DNA from: a virus
DNA: 64,000 nt
Virus record (IMG/VR): IMGVR_UViG_3300032285_001029
Location: 1-64,000 of that record
Strand: one strand, 5' to 3'
The position numbers were made by a program, and so were the translations under genes. Under the pieces are notes generated by a model. The model saw nothing but the letters and a program-made list of their open reading frames with translations. It was not told the DNA's origin and made no database searches. Shown one piece after another: positions 1-7,800 of the stretch; position 1 is the first letter of the stretch, and each line of letters begins with the position of its first letter.

Positions 1-1
1 A

Positions 2-427
2 ACTGCTAACGTGCAACTGTTTAGCAACATTAATGCAGCAACTAGCGTGTACGCTAATGCAGTAAAGCGCAGCGCAGCTAAAATTGCAACTAACAGCGCA
101 GAGGCAGTTGCTAACTTTACAGCACAACAAAATTACTTTACGCATACAGCTTGCTACAGCGTAGTTAAGCATAACACTAACAACAACTTGTACTTGTATT
201 GCATTTATAACAATGCTAGCAGCTTGTACTTTATTAACAATGTGTTAGCAACTAAGCAGCAAGTAGCACAATACTTAACAGCAAGCGCAGCAGCTAAGTT
301 GCTTAATAATACAGCAACAGTACACAATGTTACTAATAACGTAACGCACAACGTAGTAGTGCGTACTATACAATTAAGCAACATAGTTACTATTAACGCA
401 ATGCAGCAGCAGCTTGTAGCAGCTTAA
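2..427 (+). CDS. Hypothetical (probably early) protein, 5'-truncated by window edge; N/A/T/Q-rich
   Basis: Frame is open from position 2 to TAA at 425-427 and followed by a terminator; no Asp, Gly, Pro or Trp and a single Glu, matching the DNA's lack of GA/GG/TC/CC. Confidence 0.75.
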   Translation, partial: TANVQLFSNINAATSVYANAVKRSAAKIATNSAEAVANFTAQQNYFTHTACYSVVKHNTNNNLYLYCIYNNASSLYFINNVLATKQQVAQYLTASAAAKLLNNTATVHNVTNNVTHNVVVRTIQLSNIVTINAMQQQLVAA

Positions 428-464
428 CAACATACATAGTGCGCACTCGTATAGTGCGTTTTAC

Positions 465-499
465 AGCAGCGTTAGCGTAATGTTAACGCTGCTTTTTTT
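465..499 (+). terminator. Rho-independent terminator
   Basis: AGCAGCGTTAGC-gtaat-GTTAACGCTGCT stem (one G:U) followed by a T run, just downstream of the first ORF. Confidence 0.85.
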
Positions 500-516
500 G
501 TTGTAAAAATACAACA
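499..516. promoter_or_regulatory. Palindromic operator-like site TGTTGTA-AAAA-TACAACA
   Basis: Perfect 7-bp inverted repeat with 4-nt spacer, about 20 nt downstream of the leftward sigma70 -10 element. Confidence 0.5.
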
Positions 517-536
517 GGTGTCGGCTATAACTGCAC

Positions 537-565
537 AGTATAGCACATTTTTTTGCGCAACGCAA
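537..565 (-). promoter_or_regulatory. Sigma70-type promoter, leftward
   Basis: TTGCGT-17 nt-TATACT with extended -10 TG and A-rich upstream region. Confidence 0.65.
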
Positions 566-727
566 GCATTTTTTTAAAATATTTTTATTATTATTTTTGC
601 AAGAGGGTGGGAGACATGCTTTTTTATTAACTATTATTTTTTTTGCAACAGCGCAAGCAAAAATTGAGGGGTATTGCCAAATCACCAGACCAAATCTATA
701 AGTACTTCTTTTATTTTTTTCGCAGTC

Positions 728-754
728 AAAAAAAATAGGCCCCTAAGGACCCAT
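728..754 (-). terminator. Rho-independent terminator
   Basis: Minus strand ATGGGTCC-ttag-GGGCCTAT followed by a T run, downstream of 778..1299. Confidence 0.7.
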
Positions 755-777
755 TCATAGTAAATTCTATTGTAAGC

Positions 778-1299
778 TTATATACCCAAGTGTGTTTTGA
801 TACTGTTAATGTCTGACTGTAGTGTGCTTATAGCTGATCTTATATTGTGCAAGTCATCAGTGCCCGGTACAAATCCCACGCCTTTTAACGTTGACTGTAT
901 AGTGTTACTGGCTGTAATAATGCCGGTACTTAGTGTGCTTTGTACTGCTGTTAGTGTAGTTCCACTGGCCATGTTACTGATACCGCTTGAGATACCATTT
1001 AAAGTACTTTGTTGCGCCAAATCATTGGCTGTGATCCGACCACTTATTGCGTGTAAGCTATCTGTACTTGTAGAAAATCCTACGCCCTGTTGTTGGTACA
1101 GTAAATTGTTTATATAAGTAGCATCGTCATGTGTAGCCAATCCTATATCCAGTGTTATAGCATTTCCACCAGGCGTAACACCGTCTCCTATACGTAACAT
1201 ATTAGTAGCAGGATCAAAGAACACACTGCCCACTTCACCTACATACGTACTAGCGTTTGCTGAAATGTTCTTATAGTGTAGTTTACGTGTAGTTGGCAT
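778..1299 (-). CDS. Small virion/fibre-associated protein
   Basis: N-terminal YVGEVGSVFFD...LRIGDGVTPGG module typical of phage fibre N-termini; coiled C-terminus; TAAATA at 1318-1323 and AAGGA RBS. Confidence 0.6.
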   Translation of the reverse strand: MPTTRKLHYKNISANASTYVGEVGSVFFDPATNMLRIGDGVTPGGNAITLDIGLATHDDATYINNLLYQQQGVGFSTSTDSLHAISGRITANDLAQQSTLNGISSGISNMASGTTLTAVQSTLSTGIITASNTIQSTLKGVGFVPGTDDLHNIRSAISTLQSDINSIKTHLGI

Positions 1300-1336
1300 A
1301 ATGTGTCCTTACGATATTATTTATGCTCAAAACTTG

Positions 1337-1537
1337 TCAAATTTTATTGCCATTAAAAAAGGGCTTAATGCCCCATTTAATAGTAGTCCAAGTTCTCTCA
1401 TGTATATAATACGCTACAGTCATCCATATATTAATTACTATAGCACCGCTTAATCCTGTAAAATACGCTGTTACTGCAGTAGCTACAATACGCCAACTGA
1501 TTGATTTTGCTACGGTACGCCAATGTGACTCTGTCAT
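1337..1537 (-). CDS. DUF2061-like small membrane protein
   Basis: ESHWRTVAKSISWRIVAT...YYIHERTW pattern; AGGAG RBS. Confidence 0.75.
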   Translation of the reverse strand: MTESHWRTVAKSISWRIVATAVTAYFTGLSGAIVINIWMTVAYYIHERTWTTIKWGIKPFFNGNKI

Positions 1538-1692
1538 GTGTTTTCTCCTAGTGTGTATGTATGCATCTAAATATGCACACTAGAGAGTATTTAGCAGCGT
1601 AAAACTGACCCCATGTGAACTCTAAGTACTGGTCAAATTTTTTTTGCGCAGATTTTTTTCCTGCCTGTAACTACCATTCTTATAAGTACTAG

Positions 1693-2490
1693 ATGCAACA
1701 CCTAGTTACTGTTACCTGTCGTAGAGATCGTGCTCAAATGCTCATACAAGCTGAAAGCCTACGTTATCTAACCGAACCCATAACTCATCATGTTATAGTA
1801 GATTCGGATTCGGATATAGACACATGGTATCAGTTATTATCACCCTTTTACACTAGTCATACACTAGATCTATCTCCGGCACCTGATATTATTAGTAATT
1901 CTTCAACTAACACAATAAATTGTTGGCACAGTAACGGATGGCGTAGACAACAGATTTACAAGCTACTAGCATGGCAGCGTGTGCAAGCAGACTACTTGAT
2001 TATAGACAGTCAAAACTTTTTTATTAGACCCTGTACACTGGATCTATGGTCAGGCATAATAGGAACAGGCTTTTGGAATGACTCTGTAGCAGACTGTACA
2101 GTACCAGTAGTAATGACGTATAGTCGTCATTTATCAGTTGCCATCTGTCGTCGTGTACGCAGCGATGGAGTACCATTTGTAATAAATGCCAGTGTCATGA
2201 CTCAGTATGATGTTGACACTATAGTTGATCAGTTTCAAAAACAGCAGTGTGCGCCCATGGAATTTGTTTTTTATAATCTAATGGCCGAACGACTAGGTCT
2301 GCAGGGTAGACAGCATGATTATTCATTACAATGTCTAGTACGTCAACCCAAGCAGCAATTTCCGGCTGATTATTGGCAGTCACCTAACTGTGTTCTAGCG
2401 GGCATACATCGTACATTTTTAAACTACGGGCATAATAGATCACGTGCGAATACGTGGCTGCAGGCTTGGGGGTTTAACGGTCAATTATGA
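1693..2490 (+). CDS. Putative glycosyltransferase (DUF6492/GT-A-like)
   Basis: LVTVTC start, GWRRQQIYKL, DYLIIDSQNFFIRP, PF and EF..Y motifs; TAAGTA 4 nt upstream. Confidence 0.55.
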   Translation: MQHLVTVTCRRDRAQMLIQAESLRYLTEPITHHVIVDSDSDIDTWYQLLSPFYTSHTLDLSPAPDIISNSSTNTINCWHSNGWRRQQIYKLLAWQRVQADYLIIDSQNFFIRPCTLDLWSGIIGTGFWNDSVADCTVPVVMTYSRHLSVAICRRVRSDGVPFVINASVMTQYDVDTIVDQFQKQQCAPMEFVFYNLMAERLGLQGRQHDYSLQCLVRQPKQQFPADYWQSPNCVLAGIHRTFLNYGHNRSRANTWLQAWGFNGQL

Positions 2491-2492
2491 AA

Positions 2493-2681
2493 TTAAATGT
2501 TAGTTTTCGTATATGGATATTCAGATTTGAGCTCATGCCCAGACCCAGGATAGTCTTGGACGTTAGACGCAGGCTCTTTTAGTCGGGGGGCATAACGGTT
2601 GATTAATAAGCAGAGTATGATTACGCCTGCAAATTCTAGTAGAATAATTAACACTGTTAAGGTTGGTGGCATAGTTGTCAT
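2493..2681 (-). CDS. Small hypothetical membrane protein
   Basis: 62 aa, hydrophobic N-terminal helix, AAGGA RBS. Confidence 0.5.
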   Translation of the reverse strand: MTTMPPTLTVLIILLEFAGVIILCLLINRYAPRLKEPASNVQDYPGSGHELKSEYPYTKTNI

Positions 2682-2703
2682 AATTAATGGTTCCTTTGCA
2701 GTA

Positions 2704-2790
2704 ACGCTAGTTCGCGTTTTACCGCTGCCGCTTCGCGGATTATAAATTTTTGCGCTGTGCGCTTCGCTTTAAAATTTGCCAGCCGCGCTG
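2704..2790. repeat. Three CGCT-N-TTCGC units separated by A/T tracts, including GCGAAGC mini-hairpins on the minus strand
   Basis: CGCTAGTTCGC (2705-2715), CGCTGCCGCTTCGC (2723-2736), CGCTGTGCGCTTCGC (2753-2767) in an intergenic gap. Confidence 0.55.
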
Positions 2791-3129
2791 TTAGTTCACT
2801 TTAATTTGATGTTGCCCTGCACCGATCTTTAAGGTAGGATGTGCTGTACGCACTAGATAGTTAAACTGTTCAATCTGCGGATTCCAAACCTTAAGTAGTG
2901 CTACGCCCAGGCCTGGATGTTCCAGTATTATGGATTCGTGGTCCTGTATGGCCAGCAGTTCTTTCTTATTGCGCTGACTGGCACGACGAACGATGTGTAT
3001 GACTCTAGCTAGATCAACACCATGTTGTTCCAGTCGTTGTTTTAAATGGTCAGTTAGGACTAGATTTCCGTCGGGAAATACATTGGCCATGTGTTCATAG
3101 CCTTCTAGTATAAATTCAGTGGCTCGCAT
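2791..3129 (-). CDS. Hypothetical protein with MRATEFILE leader
   Basis: 112-aa ORF directly downstream of the kinase gene. Confidence 0.65.
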   Translation of the reverse strand: MRATEFILEGYEHMANVFPDGNLVLTDHLKQRLEQHGVDLARVIHIVRRASQRNKKELLAIQDHESIILEHPGLGVALLKVWNPQIEQFNYLVRTAHPTLKIGAGQHQIKVN

Positions 3130-3136
3130 AGTATGG

Positions 3137-4516
3137 CTAGCCCCGATTCCAAAAATTCACTTCAGCTGATTTATCAGTTGGCGGTTGCAGGGCTTTGGCA
3201 AGTTTATCTTGTGCTAGACGATTCTTTAATGCTGTTCCTAGTCCTGGCTTTTTTGCGGTCTGTTGTGTTTTACTAGCCTGTAGGTCATGCCGGTTTCCGA
3301 ATTGATCATAGCCTTCTGGACCAACTATTTTGATACCTAAATTTGTCAAATAATCTATAATGTTTAAGTATCGGACGCCATGCTGGAAACTTGGTGTTAG
3401 AATTTTCTCTAGTTCCTCATAAGTAACATATCCCTGTCGCTGTGCTAGTTCTTTAACTTGATTAAGTGAATTACGACGATCATCAATCTTGTCGCGATAC
3501 GCATCGGCCCTTGGTTCAGCAGGTGCTTCAGCTGACTGTTGCAATAGTGCATCTGCCTTATGTTTAGCTACGACCTGACTTCTATAATAACTATAACCCT
3601 TGGGTTTAGACCAGCTGTCATTTATCGAAAATTGATCCCATTTAGCCTGCGCATGTTTCTGATTAACAGCTGAAAACGAAGTTAGTAAATGCCAATTGTC
3701 ATCCGAGTCTTTGTACACTACACAGTAGGTGTCAGCTGCTGGTTTTTCTTGTGTTCGCTGAGTACGTTTCTTGTTAGCAACCTTTTTTAAATTAGCATCT
3801 TGATCAGCATGAGGGCCTCGATCAACTTCGTATCTTAAAGGAATACTGCGGCCGCTGTCGCTAACAGGATCTGTAATTACTAACTGTGGGCCTGTACTAG
3901 TTGCACGTATCATAAAGTTACCTGAGTGCATGTCTAAATCATACTTATATTTTCTATACAGTACACCCACATATTTAAGTGCCTGTTTCAGTTGATCATC
4001 TACAATACCGCCGTACTTTTTGGATTCAGCAGCTTCTTTGCAATTATTGCAAATCAGTCTCCATATGTCATATTCCGTGTCGGTGTCGTCGAGCTCGTCA
4101 TAATTCCCAAACATACGTTCATACATGCCGACTAATGCAGCTTTATCAAACTCTCTAAAATTCTTAAGAGCCTGTAAGTGATACTGTGGGCGTGTGCTTT
4201 GATTAGGATCTCGAGTTATTTTGATTTCATACACAGCGGGAAAATAGGGATTTTCTATACCTTTTTTACGTAATGCTGTGATCATTTCAACATACTTGTG
4301 AAATGCATCATTATTTAATTTACTAGTATACTTGGTTGATTTGATAAAAGTATGCGGATCAGTCGGATGAGGAACTCCGCGACTATACCATCCTGCACCT
4401 CCTCTTCGATTATCGGCATTGCCTAATCGATTTAGAGAATCGTAGTTAAAGGCCTGTTGGCGAGTCTTTTCTTTACGTACGGTATCGTATTGTTCAAGTA
4501 TTTCGATAATTTTCAT
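3137..4516 (-). CDS. T7 gp0.7-like Ser/Thr protein kinase with C-terminal sigma70 region 1.1-like domain
   Basis: GAGWYS Gly loop, FIK lysine, YFPAVY, DMHSGN catalytic loop, VITDPVS; aa ~351-399 KELAQRQGYVTYEELEKIL...IIDYLTNLGIKIV resemble RpoD region 1.1. Confidence 0.75.
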   Translation of the reverse strand: MKIIEILEQYDTVRKEKTRQQAFNYDSLNRLGNADNRRGGAGWYSRGVPHPTDPHTFIKSTKYTSKLNNDAFHKYVEMITALRKKGIENPYFPAVYEIKITRDPNQSTRPQYHLQALKNFREFDKAALVGMYERMFGNYDELDDTDTEYDIWRLICNNCKEAAESKKYGGIVDDQLKQALKYVGVLYRKYKYDLDMHSGNFMIRATSTGPQLVITDPVSDSGRSIPLRYEVDRGPHADQDANLKKVANKKRTQRTQEKPAADTYCVVYKDSDDNWHLLTSFSAVNQKHAQAKWDQFSINDSWSKPKGYSYYRSQVVAKHKADALLQQSAEAPAEPRADAYRDKIDDRRNSLNQVKELAQRQGYVTYEELEKILTPSFQHGVRYLNIIDYLTNLGIKIVGPEGYDQFGNRHDLQASKTQQTAKKPGLGTALKNRLAQDKLAKALQPPTDKSAEVNFWNRG

Positions 4517-4522
4517 GTTAGC

Positions 4523-4567
4523 TTACAACCTTGTACGTATATCTATGACGAATTCTCTAGCTCTCAT
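4523..4567 (-). CDS. 14-aa mini-ORF MRAREFVIDIRTRL (gene remnant or leader peptide)
   Basis: ATG 6 nt after TAAATA (4574-4579); stop 6 nt before the kinase ATG; same leader style as neighbours. Confidence 0.4.
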   Translation of the reverse strand: MRAREFVIDIRTRL

Positions 4568-4580
4568 AATATGTATTTAT

Positions 4581-4838
4581 TTACATACCCCAGCGTAGTA
4601 AGCATAAGGTTTTGTACTGTGGTTTCTTAAAGGCCACGGATATTTCATAGTATTTTTGATGCTGACTTTCGGCCCAACACCAAGCTACCCAACGTGGACC
4701 TGTGTAGTCTATAAGCCACAGTTCTAGTTCACTTAGCCCTTCGATCCAATCAATTTGCGCAGTGGATCTAAAATTAGGCCATGGTACACAGGCAATGTAG
4801 CTGAATGAGTGATATTCTGGATAAGCAGATTTTATCAT
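4581..4838 (-). CDS. Hypothetical Trp-rich protein
   Basis: Start moved to MIKSAY because the track's GTG start lies inside a terminator hairpin. Confidence 0.6.
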   Translation of the reverse strand: MIKSAYPEYHSFSYIACVPWPNFRSTAQIDWIEGLSELELWLIDYTGPRWVAWCWAESQHQKYYEISVAFKKPQYKTLCLLRWGM

Positions 4839-4851
4839 AGGATCTTCACAT

Positions 4852-4882
4852 AAAAAAACAGCTGACACCACGTCAGCTGTTT
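4852..4882 (-). terminator. Rho-independent terminator
   Basis: AAACAGCTGAC-5 nt-GTCAGCTGTTT plus T run, immediately after the 4889 stop. Confidence 0.85.
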
Positions 4883-4888
4883 GGTTGA

Positions 4889-7800
4889 TTAGGCCTGAGC
4901 TTCACCCCAACGTAAAACCATGTTAGTAAGAACTGGGCTACCTTGTGTTAGGTAAACATTAATGGCCAATACGTCTGGACCATTAGGGAATGTACCGCGT
5001 CCGCCAATTGGCGTATTAACCAGTTCTTTAAGTGGGCTTAGGTCGATGCTGTCCTTACTGCTAGGGTTACTGACGAATGAGAAAATAGTTTCGCCAGGTA
5101 GTGCATAGGTATTGCGGCTGAATGTTACTGGCGAACCGTAAGGTAAGCTAGTTACAATTGCGTTGTTTAGCGTAATAGAGTTACTGCTTACACTGGTTAC
5201 ACGACTGTTGCCCGATAGACCTGTTGTAGTGGTAAATGTTACGTCATCGCCTAAACGCACACCAGCTACTGTTGGATCGCTTAGTAGAAACATTGTTGTG
5301 GCGCCCGACTGTGGACCTACTGATATAGTTGCGCCACTTAGTGCCTGCGATGGCGCCACGCTGACTGTAAATCCTGTACCGCTACCGTTCAATGCTGTTA
5401 CAGTTGTTAAGGCAACAAATGTTCCAGTTCCAGATGTAACTGATACATAGTCACCTACTTTTAGTGTCAAATAGTTAGATACTGTAATAGTTGTACTACT
5501 GCTACTAGCACCGGTTATAACTAATGATGCACCCGAGTTAATGTTTAAACTAGCAGCGCCTTCCCATGTAACGCTGGATCCTGCAGCAACTTGACTAAAG
5601 CTAGGCTGTCCACCAGCAAAGTAGGTATAACTAAAACTCTGTAGCGTATTCCAAGTAATATTGTTTACATTAGTCGGATAGTTCTGCGGATTTAACACAC
5701 CTTCAATAACCAGTGCTGAGTTTGAGTTAGTTGTACCGCCTGCAGTAATTTCTAATCCCTGTAACAGTAGTTGCGCACGATTTAGTAGTTCACGTACACC
5801 TAAGTCTCCTACAATAGCGTTTGATACACTAGGTGCTAGTCGAATTGCAAAAGCAGTTGTTTTTCTTGTACTGACTGAAACGTTGGTACTTTGATAGTTA
5901 AAGATGTAGCCGCGATCTGTATCAAATCCGCCGTCAGTCATAAATGCTGAACCCCAATGGCTAACTACAGGAGTAGCTGTTTGATTAATTAAAATTACAC
6001 CCGTGCCCACTGGCATCGTAGCTGCAGTACCTCCACTATATGTTCTAGTAGATCCTGCAGCAAACTGCGAGAATGTACTAGCTCTAGTACAGCCTGTAAA
6101 TGTAGTAGGAGTCTTTCCAGTATAGTTGACAATTTCACCGTCAGCCCATAGTGTACCAGTGCTAGGGAAAAATGTAGTATCTGCTACAGTTAATGTAGTA
6201 TCTATACTAGCAGCCTGTGTAGTTATAGCAGTCTTAGGACCTTCGTTGATAACTTCATATCTAACTGGTTGGTTACCTGAACGCATATAAGCTTCTGTAT
6301 TTACGTTAGCTGCTTTAACACGATGTACAGTAATATAATTACCTTCGGGTCCGCGCAACATCCAATCTATAAAGCCTGCACCGTACCAAGTCCATTGTAT
6401 ACCCACCATCTGCATTTTGTTTGGTAATAGTCCATAACCGCTGGGATTGTAAACACTATTAGTACCGTCGCAACGATCTATGTTCCACTGATTTTGCGGT
6501 GTAATAAATTCTTTAACTTTTACACATTTTACACCTGTCAGGTTTGTGCTGCCTCTGAAGTCCGGTGTGACATATAGTTGGGTATCACTTGTTACACTAC
6601 TAACTAAGTGTGTCATACCTTTGATAACAATCCTATCACCTTCGCTTAATTGTCCAAGGAAACGTGTATTAGTTCCTGTAACAGTATTACTATCAGCATT
6701 AATGGCAATAGTACCTGCAACTTGGAATGTTGAGCTGCGATAACCTACTGCTACAGTCTGTCCATCATATTGCCAAAACTGACCGTTTTGATCGTCGAAT
6801 GTACCTGCACGTACAGTTGCTCCGGCCCAGTTGACTAAACTGACTAAGCAAGGAGTGCCAATGGCAGCGTTAACATCCGCTAAAACACTTTTTGCTAATA
6901 CAGTAAATTGACGTTCATCTACAATGCTGTTTACTGTATAGGTATCATTATAACCGCTAGTAGTAACACCAGTGATAGTAACTACTGCACCCGCTTGCAG
7001 ACCATGATCAACATCGTCTGTAGCTACTGTGATAGTCGATCCAATTGCAGTGCCAGTAGCAGTTAAACTACGCAAATCATAGTTGGGTGCCATTAACAGA
7101 CCTGTGTTGTAGTTAATAGCTTTACCTGACTGATAACGAATATATTTTTTACTTTGACGTATGGCCTGTGCACCATGTGCTGGACCGCCTGTACCTAGCT
7201 GTACGCCGCCGTCAAATGGTCTGTGAACATAAAAACAGTCAGGTCTTGTATATACTGTACCCTGTACAAGATATGGATTATAGTTAATTGTAGCAGCAGA
7301 TAATCCAACAGTTGGAAATTGATTTACTGTAAACTGTGTACCATTTACATTTACGCTAGTTACAGTTGTGTTGGCAGCAAACGATCCTGTTCCTGCACTA
7401 ACAGTCACTTGACTACCTACCGTTAATCCTGTTGTACTAAAAACAGTGATTGTTAAACTGTTTGTAAAACCACTGCCACTGGTCAATGTTCCTGCACTAC
7501 CTACTAGAATTGTACCTGGTGCTCTTGCTGTATATGTCAGTGTTGTCGGTGTAGGTACACTTTCAACGAAGTAAGGACCTTGCGCAAGACTATGACTATT
7601 AACTCCGTTATCCGATGTTATATTAACTAAGATAGTATCGGCAGGTATCAGTCCGTGTGGACTGGCAAATGTTGCTGTAATTACTGGTGTAGCAGCACCG
7701 GTGTAAGTAAATGTAGTAGTCCCAATTGTGGAACCTGTATAAAATCCGCCTTTTCTTAATTGCGTATATGTTGTACTTAATACATCACCGTTACTTGTCC

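Noticed and set aside
1-446. Low-complexity artefact or plain restriction-site avoidance
   Set aside because: Sequence is non-repetitive, codes an open frame followed by a proper terminator, and keeps many 4-bp palindromes
461-685. 74-aa minus-strand ORF
   Set aside because: Runs through a terminator, a promoter and A-tracts; Lys/Asn/Cys content mirrors the non-coding DNA; no RBS
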